NCBI GenBank assembly: GCA_001004105.1
Contig: LCQK01000001.1
Coordinates: 166,928 to 230,927, forward strand
Length of the DNA stretch: 64,000 nucleotides
Direction: 5' to 3'
From: Candidatus Jorgensenbacteria bacterium GW2011_GWB1_50_10
Lineage (GTDB): Bacteria; Patescibacteriota; Minisyncoccia; UBA6257; GWB1-50-10
Below are positions 26,371 through 35,946 of this stretch, in pieces. Both the position numbers and the translations under genes were made by a program. The notes below the pieces were generated by a model. That model had not been told where the DNA came from. It searched no databases and saw nothing but the letters and a program-made list of their open reading frames with translations. The stretch's first letter is position 1; each line of letters opens with the position of its first letter.

Positions 26371-26705
26371 TTGACAGCGCCCGCGGTTCTTCTAACATTC
26401 TTTATTAGTTCGTGTCTTCTCGGGATGCGTGTTTGGTTTCCTGTGAGGCGTTCGTACGGCGCCAAATTGGTTTCCGGCACATGTTTTGGGGAGATTGCGG
26501 ACTCGTGCATGTGCATGTTGCTAAAGCAGAGGAAAGTGTATTCCGTTTCTTGGGAAGTGACGAAGTACTTCAAACTCCGGTGAGTTCTTTAATCAAAAAT
26601 TGAATTAATTACCCCGGAGTCCTTCAATGAAGGAAAAGATGCTTCTTAAAAGGCGGAATGCGGCCCCTCTGTTTTAGTTTTTGTAAGTGATATAAAATTG
26701 AGAGA

Positions 26706-27716
26706 ATGACAGGCAAAGGATTGGAATCTCTTATTCCCAAAAAAGATCGGGACGGGGAGATGTTCTCAAAAGACGCGGTCATTTCACCCAGAGCGAATGA
26801 AACGCCGCTCGACTCTCAACCTCGCTCTGTCCCGTTGGGGCGGGACAACCATACCCGCTCGGTTTCCCTGCCTGACCGGCAGGCAGGCGAGACACTTTCT
26901 CAAGCATCTCCCCGTCCCTCAATTAGAGATGAAGCGATATTCCAGATAGAAGTTGAGAAAATAAAACCCAACCCCTACCAGCCGCGGAAAGATTTTAACG
27001 ATGAAGAAATTGAAGATTTGGCCCGTTCCGTCCGCGAGTTCGGCATCATCCAGCCCTTAGTGGTCACCAAAGTTGAAAAAGAAACGGAGACCGGCACGAG
27101 CGTGGAATACGAGCTTATTACTGGAGAGCGCCGGCTTCTTGCGGCCAAAAAAATTGGTTTGCGGAGCGTGCCCGCAATCGTAAAGAGAGTGGATGTCGGG
27201 AAAGCCAAACTGGAAATGGCGCTTGTGGAAAACATCCAGCGGAGCGATTTGAATCCATTGGAAATAGCTAGGGGCTACGCGCGGCTGCAGGACGAGTTTA
27301 ATCTAACCCAGCAGGAGGTCGCCTCCCGGGTCGGCAAGAGTCGGGCTTCCGTTGCAAACACAGTGCGGCTTCTCGCTCTTCCAGGCGAAATGCAGGAAGC
27401 GTTGGGGGCAGGGAAAATAAACGCTTCGCAGGCCATCGCTCTTCTTGCCACCTCCGACATCAATGAACAGCGGCGCTTATTCAGCGAGTTTGTTCACGGT
27501 AAGACTATTAAAGGAGATGCGTCCCACGCCGCGAAAGCTGAAACGCCTGACCCGGAAAAACAATATTGGGAAAAACGCCTAGAAGAACGTTTCGGCGCGC
27601 CGGTCAAGATCATGCGCCGGGATGGCAGGGGAAAAATGGAAATTCGTTTCCATTCCAAAGAAGAATGGCAGGCGATCTTAGATAAGCTTTTGGGCGGCGA
27701 GAATCCCGAAACTTAG
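26706..27716 (+). CDS. parB: ParB/Spo0J partition protein with about 60-aa low-complexity N-terminal insertion
   Basis: GKGLESLIP, ParB box ELITGERRLLAAK, HTH; insertion contains the palindromic element (SLPDRQAGE). Confidence 0.85.
   Translation: MTGKGLESLIPKKDRDGEMFSKDAVISPRANETPLDSQPRSVPLGRDNHTRSVSLPDRQAGETLSQASPRPSIRDEAIFQIEVEKIKPNPYQPRKDFNDEEIEDLARSVREFGIIQPLVVTKVEKETETGTSVEYELITGERRLLAAKKIGLRSVPAIVKRVDVGKAKLEMALVENIQRSDLNPLEIARGYARLQDEFNLTQQEVASRVGKSRASVANTVRLLALPGEMQEALGAGKINASQAIALLATSDINEQRRLFSEFVHGKTIKGDASHAAKAETPDPEKQYWEKRLEERFGAPVKIMRRDGRGKMEIRFHSKEEWQAILDKLLGGENPET
26867..26887. repeat. Variant palindrome CCTGCCTGACCGGCAGGCAGG (one extra A) in-frame in parB
   Basis: Direct read. 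Confidence 0.85.
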
Positions 27717-29476
27717 CGGTTGAATTTGTAGTTTACTTCCTTGGTGCCGGCGATTTTTTTGATTTTAACGAGAATCTGCTCCAGTTTGGATTTGGTAAGC
27801 GGGGCGGTTCTCACGGTTACCGCCGAGATGGCGCCGCGTTTGTCGGTCTCGCTCGAGAGGTAGCCGATGTTTATTTTTGATTCGTCAAACTGGGCGGTGA
27901 CATCTTTCAGGAAACCGGGACGGTCTTGATTGACGATTTTGAATTCAACCCCTGCCGGGGCGGATTTCTCCCGCAGCGTTTTAATTTTATCTTTAATGGC
28001 GTTTTTGATTTGGCTTCTCGCGAGCGAAGTTTTAATGAAGCGGAGCCAGTCCTCCGACGGTTTTTTGGTCTTTTGAGTCATAATTTCCACGATGTCGCCG
28101 GACTGGAGCTCGTAGTTTAAGGGTACGATTTTGCCGTTCACTTTCGCGCCCACGCAGTTGTTGCCGACATCGGAGTGAATCCGGTAGGCGAAATCGACGG
28201 GGGTGGCGCCGGCGGGCAGGTCAATCACGTCGTTCTGGGGCGTAATGACGAAAATTCTGTCCTTGAAGAAATCGACGGCGATGGATTCAATTAGTTCCTT
28301 ATCGGAGAAGCTTTTCTGCCAATTGCGGAGCTGTTCCACCCATAAAAGCTCCTTACGCGAGAGAACGCCCTTCCATTGCTCGCTGTGTCTTTTGGAGTTT
28401 TTGATTTGTTCGTAAGCCCAGTGGGCGGCGATGCCGAGCTCGTCTACTTCGTGCATCTCGGCGGTGCGGACCTGAAACTCGGTGATAATATTCTCCAGAG
28501 CGAAAACCGTGGTGTGCAAACTTTGGTAGCCGTTAGGTTTCGGTCTTGCGATGTAATCCTTTATCCGGCCTGGCAGAGGCGGATAAAGTTTGTGAATGAC
28601 GCCCAGAGCCGCATAGCAATCCTCAATAGTTTTCACGACTATGCGGAGTGCCACGAGGTCATAAATTTTATCCAAATCCATATCGTAGCGCTGGAGTTTT
28701 TTATACAAACTGGAGTATCTTTTGGCCCGGGAATCAATAGCGATGACTTTGATGCCGTTACGCTCGAAATTTTTCCTGATGATCGGTTTTATTTTCCTAG
28801 CGTAAGATTCCCGCTCTTCGTAGCGGTCTTTGACGTTGTCCAAAAGCCATAGATACTCCTCGGGATGAAAGTAAGGGAAGGCGAGGTCTTCAAGTTCGCC
28901 CGAGAGACGCTGCATACCGAGCCGATAGGCGAGGGGGGCGTAGATTTCCGATGTTTCCCAGGCGATTCTTTTCTGCCGGTCTTCGGGCAGGAACTTGAGC
29001 GTCCTCATATTGTGCCACCGGTCGGCGAGCTTAATAATGACGACCCGGAGGTCGCGGCTAAAAGAGATGATGAACTTGCGGAGCGTCTCCACGTTCGGGT
29101 CGTGCTCCGGGTACTGGATTTTTTTGAGTTTGGTGAGTCCATCAACGAGGAAAGCCACTTCCTTGCCAAATTGTTTATCAATGTTTTTTAAGGTGAAGTT
29201 GGTGTCCTCGACGACGTCATGGAGAAGAGCGGCGGCAACCGAAGCCTCATCCAAACCCCACTTATGGACGGTTTCGGCAACCGAGAGAGAGTGAGTAATG
29301 TAGGGGTCGCCGCTTTCCCTTTTGACATCCTTGTGAGCTTCTTCGGCAAAAGCATAAGCCCTTTTGATAAGGCCGTTTTCGGGGTATTTTTGAAACCAGG
29401 AGGTGTTCATGGGACTTTTTATTTTATCCCCAAGCCGGTTTATTGACAAATAGAGCGGTTTTGAGGGACTTGACAT
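27713..29476 (-). CDS. relA: Bifunctional (p)ppGpp synthetase/hydrolase, RelA/SpoT family
   Basis: HD domain HDVVEDT, synthetase domain, TGS and ACT regions; 587 aa. Confidence 0.9.
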   Translation of the reverse strand: MSSPSKPLYLSINRLGDKIKSPMNTSWFQKYPENGLIKRAYAFAEEAHKDVKRESGDPYITHSLSVAETVHKWGLDEASVAAALLHDVVEDTNFTLKNIDKQFGKEVAFLVDGLTKLKKIQYPEHDPNVETLRKFIISFSRDLRVVIIKLADRWHNMRTLKFLPEDRQKRIAWETSEIYAPLAYRLGMQRLSGELEDLAFPYFHPEEYLWLLDNVKDRYEERESYARKIKPIIRKNFERNGIKVIAIDSRAKRYSSLYKKLQRYDMDLDKIYDLVALRIVVKTIEDCYAALGVIHKLYPPLPGRIKDYIARPKPNGYQSLHTTVFALENIITEFQVRTAEMHEVDELGIAAHWAYEQIKNSKRHSEQWKGVLSRKELLWVEQLRNWQKSFSDKELIESIAVDFFKDRIFVITPQNDVIDLPAGATPVDFAYRIHSDVGNNCVGAKVNGKIVPLNYELQSGDIVEIMTQKTKKPSEDWLRFIKTSLARSQIKNAIKDKIKTLREKSAPAGVEFKIVNQDRPGFLKDVTAQFDESKINIGYLSSETDKRGAISAVTVRTAPLTKSKLEQILVKIKKIAGTKEVNYKFNR

Positions 29477-29499
29477 CGGTTGGCGGCGGGACTAATTTG

Positions 29500-29891
29500 A
29501 TAACAGCAATCAAGGATCGAGTGTGCGTGTGCGTGTCTCCCCCGGCCATCTAATTGCGTGTCGGGCGTGGAATGGCGGGTCGCCAAGCGCTTGGTGACCC
29601 AAAGCTCTGCGGGGATGTCGAATGTCCGGATTCGCCGGCACGTCATAGTAGGGCTACTGCGGGAGCATCTCCGCACACTCGATTTCTATTAGTCGTGAGG
29701 TCACCCTCCAGGCCAGGTCTTACCTCGAGTAGGGTTCTTGGTGAGGGTACAACCCAGCCCGGACAACTGGAACCTCTTCAAGGAAGGGTAAGCGCTCCCG
29801 TAAGCCCTTCGACCTCACGAGACTTCAATGATGCCTTAGGCATCTGTAGCGATAACCCCCCGGTCGGCAACGATCGGGGGTGAGTATTTTT
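29500..29891 (+). ncRNA. Candidate structured ncRNA of about 400 nt (GC-rich, nested long-range helices, intrinsic terminator); identity unresolved, RNase P RNA is one possibility
   Basis: Long-range pairs GATCGAGTGTGCG(29515)/CGCACACTCGAT(29672) and AGTCGTGAGGTC(29691)/GACCTCACGAGACT(29810); many local hairpins; only garbage GC-rich ORFs; terminator at the 3' end. Confidence 0.35.
29856..29891 (+). terminator. Rho-independent terminator
   Basis: CCCCCGGTCG gcaa CGATCGGGGG then TGAGTATTTTT. Confidence 0.65.
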
Positions 29892-29905
29892 AGAAAGCCA
29901 TTATC

Positions 29906-29933
29906 TTGACAATAGTTTTTTTTTCACTAAAAT
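29906..29933 (+). promoter_or_regulatory. Sigma70-like promoter of groES (TTGACA-16-TAAAAT); no CIRCE element seen
   Basis: -35 29906..29911, -10 29928..29933. Confidence 0.4.
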
Positions 29934-29946
29934 CTTAACTACCAAC

Positions 29947-30237
29947 ATGAACCTCAAACCTCTTTCCAACCACTTATTTATAGAAGCAATTGAGGAAGAA
30001 AAAATGTCCAAGTCCGGCATTGTTTTACCGGATACGGCCGAGAAAGAAAAACCCGTGAAAGGGAAAATTGTAGCTGCGGGTCCCGGGAAATTGAACGAAA
30101 AAGGCGAGCGGATGCCGATGGCAGTCAAAGTAGGCGACGTCGTGCTTTTTAAAAAGTATGGGCCAGATGAGTTTGAACTGGACGGGAAAAAATATCTGGT
30201 CGGCGACGAGGACGGTATACTTGCAATCATCGAATGA
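29947..30237 (+). CDS. groES: Co-chaperonin GroES
   Basis: 96 aa; typical GroES sequence. Confidence 0.9.
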   Translation: MNLKPLSNHLFIEAIEEEKMSKSGIVLPDTAEKEKPVKGKIVAAGPGKLNEKGERMPMAVKVGDVVLFKKYGPDEFELDGKKYLVGDEDGILAIIE

Positions 30238-30284
30238 TTGCAAGTAAATAAGACCTATTGGACTGATAAGTCCTATTAAAAATC

Positions 30285-31907
30285 ATGGCTAAAAAAATTC
30301 TGTTTAACGAAGATGCGAGGGTGGCTTTGAAAAAAGGCATTGATAAGCTTGCCGAAGCGGTGCGGATGACGCTTGGTCCCCGCGGCCGGGCGGCGGTGAT
30401 TGAAAAGGGCTACGGTGCGCCACAGGTCACTTTTGACGGCGTCACGGTCGCCAAAGAAATCGAGCTTGAGGAAAAATACGAAAACCTCGGCGCGGATTTT
30501 ATCAAGCAGGCGGCCGAGAAAACGAACGACAACGTCGGCGACGGCACAACGACGGCGGTGGTTTTAGCCCACGCCATGATTGACGAAGGCGAAAAAGTCA
30601 TCCGCGAAAAAGGCTTTAATGTCATTCAACTCGGCGAGGAATTGAGAAAAGCAAGCCAAACCATTGTTAAGGAACTTGAAAAACAAAAAGAGTTAATTAA
30701 CGACAACAAAAAGGTGGAGGAAGTAGCTTCTCTTTCGGCCAAGGATAATGAAATCGGCAAGCTTATTGCCGAAGTGATGGAGAAAATCGGCAAGGATGGC
30801 GTGGTGACGGTGGAGGATTCCAATACCGTCGGCAATTCCTACGAAATGGTGGAAGGGATGCAGTTTGACCGCGGCTATATCTCGCCCTACATGATTACGA
30901 ACGCGGAGCGGATGGAGGCGGTACTGGATGACCCGTATATCTTGGTGACCGACGAGAAAATTTCCGCGATTGGTGACTTACTGCCGCTTTTGGAAAAAAT
31001 CGTGGCTAGCGGCAAAAAAGAACTTTTGATTATTGCCGATGATGTTGATGGAGAAGCCTTGGCGACTCTAATCGTGAACAAGCTTCGCGGTACGTTCAAT
31101 GTCGTGCCGGTCAAAGCTCCAGGTTTCGGCGACCGGAAGAAAGAAATGCTGCAGGATATCGCGGTCGTGACAGGCGCCACGTTTATTTCCAAGGAAATCG
31201 GCAAAAAGATGGAGAACGCTGATTTGTCAGTTTTGGGCCGCGCTAAAAGGGTTATTTCCGACAAGGATAACACTACGATTGTGGGCGGCACCGGGGATAA
31301 AAAGACGATTGATGAGAGAATTCACCAGTTGAAAGCTGAAGTCCAGAGAACGGAATCCGATTTCGACAAGGAAAAATTACAGGAACGGTTGGGTAAGCTC
31401 GCCGGCGGAGTGGCCGTGATTAAAGTCGGCGCGCCCACCGAAACCGCCCAAAAGGAATTGAAGCAAAGAGTGGAGGACGCGGTTCACGCGACTCGGGCGG
31501 CGATGGAGGAAGGAATTGTCCCCGGTGGCGGCATGGCTCTGTTTCATGCCTCGCCCGCGGAAGGGGGAGACGATTCCACGGTTCACGGCGCGGCCCGGCT
31601 CATTATTGATAAAGCCCGCGAGGCGCCGCTTCGGGCCATTATTGAAAACAGCGGTCTTCAAGCCGAGGAGATTATCGGGAAATTAAGGAGCGAAAAGAAC
31701 ATCTGGACGGGCTTCAACGCGATTGACAACAAAATTACCAATTTGAAGGAAGCAGGCATTATTGACCCTTTGAAGGTAACCAAAACCGCCTTTTTGAATG
31801 CGGTTTCGGTCGCGGCTAATTACCTCACGGTGGGTGTGGCGATTACCGATATTCCCGAGAAGAAAGAAGCACCTCCTGCCGGCGGCGGCATGGGAATGGG
31901 TTATTAA
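30285..31907 (+). CDS. groEL: Chaperonin GroEL
   Basis: 540 aa; [13 protein letters not shown]-terminal GGM repeat. Confidence 0.95.
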   Translation: MAKKILFNEDARVALKKGIDKLAEAVRMTLGPRGRAAVIEKGYGAPQVTFDGVTVAKEIELEEKYENLGADFIKQAAEKTNDNVGDGTTTAVVLAHAMIDEGEKVIREKGFNVIQLGEELRKASQTIVKELEKQKELINDNKKVEEVASLSAKDNEIGKLIAEVMEKIGKDGVVTVEDSNTVGNSYEMVEGMQFDRGYISPYMITNAERMEAVLDDPYILVTDEKISAIGDLLPLLEKIVASGKKELLIIADDVDGEALATLIVNKLRGTFNVVPVKAPGFGDRKKEMLQDIAVVTGATFISKEIGKKMENADLSVLGRAKRVISDKDNTTIVGGTGDKKTIDERIHQLKAEVQRTESDFDKEKLQERLGKLAGGVAVIKVGAPTETAQKELKQRVEDAVHATRAAMEEGIVPGGGMALFHASPAEGGDDSTVHGAARLIIDKAREAPLRAIIENSGLQAEEIIGKLRSEKNIWTGFNAIDNKITNLKEAGIIDPLKVTKTAFLNAVSVAANYLTVGVAITDIPEKKEAPPAGGGMGMGY

Positions 31908-31920
31908 AACACTAAAAACT

Positions 31921-31939
31921 CTGCCTACCGGCAGGCAGG
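31921..31939. repeat. Variant palindrome CTGCCTACCGGCAGGCAGG just after the groEL stop
   Basis: Direct read; one G to A change relative to the consensus. Confidence 0.85.
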
Positions 31940-31972
31940 CCTTTATAAAATGAGGGTTTTTGACTATTTTAC

Positions 31973-32000
31973 TTGACTTTTACGGCGGTTGGGTTACAAT
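31973..32000 (+). promoter_or_regulatory. Sigma70-like promoter (TTGACT-16-TACAAT)
   Basis: -35 31973..31978, -10 31995..32000. Confidence 0.4.
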
Positions 32001-32040
32001 GGGATTATTAGCCTAATGAAGCGGGCTATTTTTTTTGGAT

Positions 32041-32439
32041 ATGACTACAGTAATTACAGCAGCCGTATTGGCCGCGAGACTGATTATTGCTCTCGGGTTT
32101 TTGCCTACGGCCGTTGCAGAAGACAAAAATCCGAGCGATCCAGCGCCCAAGGCCGTCCAAATCGTTGTCACGGCCTATTCCTCGAGCCCCGACGAGACCG
32201 ACAGCACGCCCTTTATTACCGCTTCCGGTAAGACCACCGGCGACGGGATCCTCGCGAACAACTGCCTGCCTTTCGGCACGGAGGTGAAAATTCCCGAGCT
32301 TTTCGGCGAGAAGATATTCGTCGTGGAAGACCGGAAGCATTCCCGCTACAGCTGCAACTGGCTTGATGTTTGGTATCCGACTAAAGCCGAAGCAAAGAAA
32401 TTCGGCATCAAGAAGGAGATAGAAGCGCTGGTTTTCTAA
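32041..32439 (+). CDS. 3D-domain (MltA/YocH-like) secreted protein
   Basis: Signal anchor; VTAYSS..DETDSTPFITASG...CLPFGT..DR pattern of 3D domain. Confidence 0.6.
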   Translation: MTTVITAAVLAARLIIALGFLPTAVAEDKNPSDPAPKAVQIVVTAYSSSPDETDSTPFITASGKTTGDGILANNCLPFGTEVKIPELFGEKIFVVEDRKHSRYSCNWLDVWYPTKAEAKKFGIKKEIEALVF

Positions 32440-32467
32440 CCGGCGCTTTTGCTATAATTTAGAGACC

Positions 32468-33022
32468 ATGAACGCAACGACCATTATTTTGATAGTTGTC
32501 GGCATAATTCTGCTTTGGCTCGTTTACGTTTTCAACAGCTTTATCCGCCTGAAGTACCGGGCAAAAGAAGCCTGGGCTGACATTGAGATTCAGCTCAAGC
32601 GCCGTTATGATTTAATCCCGAACGTAGTGGAAACGGTGAAGGGTTACGTGAGGCACGAGCGGGGAACGCTTGAAAAAGTGACCGAGGCGCGGACCAAAGC
32701 CATGAATGCCGACGGTTTGCACGAGAAAGCCGGTGCCGAGAATATGCTCTCAAACACTTTAAAAACCCTTTTTGCGGTTTCGGAAAATTACCCCGACCTC
32801 AAAGCCAACGCGAATTTTTTGGACCTCCAGCGGGAACTGGCTGATACCGAGAATAAAATCCAGGCGGCCCGCAGATTTTACAACGGTCAGGTTTTAGAAC
32901 TGAACACGAAAATTGAAACTTTCCCTTCGAATATTATTGCTCGGACGTTTAATTTCCAAAAAGCGGAATTTTTTGAAACCAAAGAAGAACTTGAACGGGA
33001 ACCAGTAAAAGTCAGGTTCTAG
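32468..33022 (+). CDS. lemA: LemA family membrane protein
   Basis: 184 aa; N-terminal TM and LemA core. Confidence 0.8.
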   Translation: MNATTIILIVVGIILLWLVYVFNSFIRLKYRAKEAWADIEIQLKRRYDLIPNVVETVKGYVRHERGTLEKVTEARTKAMNADGLHEKAGAENMLSNTLKTLFAVSENYPDLKANANFLDLQRELADTENKIQAARRFYNGQVLELNTKIETFPSNIIARTFNFQKAEFFETKEELEREPVKVRF

Positions 33023-33023
33023 T

Positions 33024-33929
33024 ATGACCTCGCTTTATACGCACAAAGCGTCTAACATCAGAAAGACGTGGTTGCTTTTTACCTTATTTTTCGTAATTGT
33101 CATCGGTATCGGCTGGGCGTTTTCCCGCGTCTACGGCAGTCCGGGAATTTTGTACTTTGCGGTGATTTTCTCGGTTTTAATGAGCGTCATAAGTTACTGG
33201 TACTCGGACAAAATCGTGCTCCGGATGACCAAAGCCCGTCCGGTTACGCAAGAGAATGCCCGGGAGCTTTGGAATGTTGTTGAAAATCTCGCGATTACCG
33301 CGGGGCTCCCGATGCCCAAGGTTTATTTGATAGATGAGAGGGCGCCCAATGCTTTCGCTACCGGCCGCGACCCAAAACATGCGGTGGTGGCGGTCACAAG
33401 CGGGTTACTTGAACGGCTTGACCGGTCAGAGCTTGAGGGAGTTATTGCCCATGAACTTTCCCACATCGGCAACCGGGATATGCTCGTTTCAACCGTTGCG
33501 GTAATTCTCGTCGGCTTTATCGCCATTCTTTCTGATATTTTTCTGCGGTCAATGTTCTGGCGCAGCGCTGGCCGAAGGCGGAACAGTGCGGGCGGCCTAA
33601 TGCTTCTTGTAGGCATAATTCTTTCAATTCTTGCGCCGATTTCAGCAATGCTCATTCAACTTGCAATTTCCCGCAAGCGCGAATTTTTGGCTGATGCTTC
33701 GGGCGCGCTTTTAACCCGTTATCCTGAAGGGCTCGCAAGTGCCCTAAAAAAAATCGCAAGCGACCCCACGCCTCTACCCGGTGCCACGAACACTAATTCC
33801 CACCTCTGGTTTGATGATCCTTTCACCCACGGTTTGGGCGGCAGAAAAACATCTCCGCTTCATCGCTTATTTATGACTCACCCACCGGTCGAAGAACGTA
33901 TAGCGGCCTTAAAAGGGATGAAAGCTTAA
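33024..33929 (+). CDS. htpX: Zinc metalloprotease HtpX (M48)
   Basis: HELSHIGNRD HExxH; 4 TM. Confidence 0.85.
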   Translation: MTSLYTHKASNIRKTWLLFTLFFVIVIGIGWAFSRVYGSPGILYFAVIFSVLMSVISYWYSDKIVLRMTKARPVTQENARELWNVVENLAITAGLPMPKVYLIDERAPNAFATGRDPKHAVVAVTSGLLERLDRSELEGVIAHELSHIGNRDMLVSTVAVILVGFIAILSDIFLRSMFWRSAGRRRNSAGGLMLLVGIILSILAPISAMLIQLAISRKREFLADASGALLTRYPEGLASALKKIASDPTPLPGATNTNSHLWFDDPFTHGLGGRKTSPLHRLFMTHPPVEERIAALKGMKA

Positions 33930-33931
33930 CC

Positions 33932-34342
33932 ATGCGCAAAGGTTGGGATTTATGGGCGGAAGGGAAATACTTTGATTTTTGGTCGGTTAATCATTTTTTG
34001 AGCGGGGTGATGGTGGCCGCGGCATTGCTCTTGCTCAACGTCTCCTTTTGGCCGGCGTTCGTCATTGCCTTTTTGATTTTCGTCGCTTATGAGCTTTTTG
34101 AAGTGGCGCTCCAGATTGGGGAGCATATGACGAACCGCGTGACCGATATTGTCGTTGACGTTGCCGGTTTCTTTGCCGCCGCTTATATTTTTCTAGTTCT
34201 TCAAAAACCTTTGAGCGTGACGTTCCTCGTCATTATTGTTTTATTAATTTTGGTTTTGACAATTTTGGGTTACGATGCCTGGGTGAAGCGCACTAAAAGG
34301 AGAGGAAAGGAGCCGGTTGATATTAAGGAAATCTACAAGTAA
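33932..34342 (+). CDS. Hypothetical membrane protein
   Basis: 136 aa, 4 TM. Confidence 0.5.
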   Translation: MRKGWDLWAEGKYFDFWSVNHFLSGVMVAAALLLLNVSFWPAFVIAFLIFVAYELFEVALQIGEHMTNRVTDIVVDVAGFFAAAYIFLVLQKPLSVTFLVIIVLLILVLTILGYDAWVKRTKRRGKEPVDIKEIYK

Positions 34343-34373
34343 TATTTTGAAAGATTACGGAGGGGTCGCATAG

Positions 34374-34413
34374 CCCTGCCTGCCGCCTGCCTGCCGGTAG
34401 GCAGGGCAGGCGG
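34374..34413. repeat. Extended/duplicated version of the palindromic element (CCCTGCCTGCCGCCTGCCTGCCGGTAGGCAGGGCAGGCGG) preceded by a 15-nt copy of the tRNA-Ser 5' end
   Basis: GGAGGGGTCGCATAG at 34359 repeats the tRNA 5' GGAGGGGT; the palindrome family core is tandemly reiterated. Confidence 0.8.
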
Positions 34414-34434
34414 AGGTCTAGTGCAATCCTATTT

Positions 34435-34519
34435 GGAGGGGTGCAGGAGCGGTTTAACTGGCGGTCCTGGAAAGACCGTATGTCGAAAGGCATCGAGGGT
34501 TCGAATCCCTCCCCCTCCG
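34435..34519 (+). tRNA. tRNA-Ser (anticodon GGA), type II
   Basis: GGAGGGG TG CAG GAGCGGTTTAA CTG G CGGTC CTGGAAA GACCG var TATGTCGAAAGGCATC GAGGG TTCGAAT CCCTC CCCCTCC G. Confidence 0.8.
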
Positions 34520-34522
34520 CTT

Positions 34523-35206
34523 ATGCAAGCCGTAATTTTAGCCGCTGGCGAAGGAATGAGGTTAAGACCACTGACTGATGCTATTCCGAAGTGCTTGCTT
34601 AAAGTCGGTAAGAAAACGATTTTAGAGCATATTTTTTCCCAGCTGCCGCAGGAAATTCACGAAGTTGTTCTTGTGGTCGGTCACCTGAAAGGCGAGATAA
34701 AAAAACAAATCGGCACGAGCAACGGAGGCCGGCGCATCCAATATATTGAACAGACCGAGCGGCTCGGTACCGGTCACGCGCTCTCCATCTGCAAAGACGT
34801 TTTAAACGACAGCAAGTTTCTCGTGCTCATGGGCGACAATCTTTATTTCAAAAAAGACATTGAAAATTGCCTGCGCCACGATTTATGTCTTCTTGCCCAG
34901 AAATTGGAGTCGCCGGAGCGCTTCGGCGTCTTGAGAATTGAAGACGGGATTCTGCGGGACATTATTGAAAGCCCGAAGTTATCAGTTGGGACACTCGTAA
35001 ACTGCGGTCTCTACGTACTGGACAAAAGAATTTTTGATTATCCGCTCGTGTCTATCGGGTTGAACGAGTACGGTTTGCCGCAGACAATCGTCAAAATGTC
35101 CAACCACCATCCCGTCGGAATTGAAAAAGCCAATTTCTGGCTTTCTATCAACACGGTTCAGGATTTGAAGCAGGCGGACAAGTATTTGAAGAAAATTTAC
35201 GTTTAA
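34523..35206 (+). CDS. Sugar-phosphate nucleotidyltransferase (NTP_transferase domain)
   Basis: AVILAAGEGMRLRPLTDAIPKCLLKVG motif; ATG at 34523, 3 nt after the tRNA. Confidence 0.7.
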   Translation: MQAVILAAGEGMRLRPLTDAIPKCLLKVGKKTILEHIFSQLPQEIHEVVLVVGHLKGEIKKQIGTSNGGRRIQYIEQTERLGTGHALSICKDVLNDSKFLVLMGDNLYFKKDIENCLRHDLCLLAQKLESPERFGVLRIEDGILRDIIESPKLSVGTLVNCGLYVLDKRIFDYPLVSIGLNEYGLPQTIVKMSNHHPVGIEKANFWLSINTVQDLKQADKYLKKIYV

Positions 35207-35362
35207 TCTTTCGCAAAAAGTTTTAACAAATTAAAAGTTATCCACAGATTTTGTAAAAAAACCTAAATGAAAAGGTTTATAATTAATACGTAAACAATTC
35301 GGCAGCTTGGTCGACTGTCAATAAAAGAAAAAACTTTTTTAAAACAGTTTTTCTGAAATAGA

Positions 35363-35437
35363 ATGGCAAAAAGAAGGAGAGCTAAAAAAGCAGCGCCGCG
35401 CAGGAGAAGGAGAGCGGCAAAGCGCAGAAGGAGATAA
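35363..35437 (+). CDS. Candidate 24-aa Arg/Lys-rich peptide (MAKRRRAKKAAPRRRRRAAKRRRR)
   Basis: Short ORF followed by a hairpin at 35458..35499; no SD; speculative. Confidence 0.2.
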   Translation: MAKRRRAKKAAPRRRRRAAKRRRR

Positions 35438-35506
35438 GCTCAGCAGGTACTTACAATTACCCCGTGAGATGATACTATTTGTCCCACGGGGTAATTTTTG
35501 AAAAAT

Positions 35507-35944
35507 ATGGCGAAGAAAAACTTATTAATAATAGTTATCTTGATTGTTGCAGTGATTATCGCGGTTTTTGCGTTTGGTAATAAAGCCGATAATAATCAGG
35601 AAGCAACACCCGGATCTCAAATACCGGTGCCGGGCAATACAATTTTTTATACCGATAGCGGTTTCTCGCCGAACCCCCTCACTGTCAAACTAGGTGAAAC
35701 GGTAACTTTCATAAATCAGAGTTCCAATCCTTTCTGGCCGGCTTCCGCCATGCACCCGACCCATAAAGTTTACCCGGGCTCTGACATTGAAAGGTGCGGC
35801 ACCGCCGAAGAGCCGAATATATTTGACGCCTGCCGCGGGATTCCCGCCGGCGGCTCGTGGTCTTTCACATTTGACGAAATCGGCAGCTGGAACTACCACA
35901 ATCATTTGAACTCAAGTCATTTCGGGAAAATTGTGGTCGAGTAG
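35507..35944 (+). CDS. Secreted cupredoxin-like fold protein (atypical ligand set)
   Basis: Signal anchor; TVKLGETVTFINQS...HP.H...NYHNHLNSSHFGKIVV resembles plastocyanin/amicyanin topology but lacks the canonical Cys ligand. Confidence 0.5.
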   Translation: MAKKNLLIIVILIVAVIIAVFAFGNKADNNQEATPGSQIPVPGNTIFYTDSGFSPNPLTVKLGETVTFINQSSNPFWPASAMHPTHKVYPGSDIERCGTAEEPNIFDACRGIPAGGSWSFTFDEIGSWNYHNHLNSSHFGKIVVE

Positions 35945-35946
35945 CG

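Noticed and set aside
29554-29883. 109-aa plus-strand ORF (MRVGRGMAGRQALGDP...)
   Set aside because: It lies wholly inside the GC-rich structured spacer. It has low-complexity Arg/Pro/Gly composition typical of GC-rich noncoding sequence, has no RBS, and overlaps the terminator.
32263-32282. Half-copy CTGCCTGCC of the palindromic element in the 3D-domain gene, and a similar one at about 53430 in rseP
   Set aside because: Only one arm is present and the encoded LPFG is plausibly native, so these are probably chance matches.
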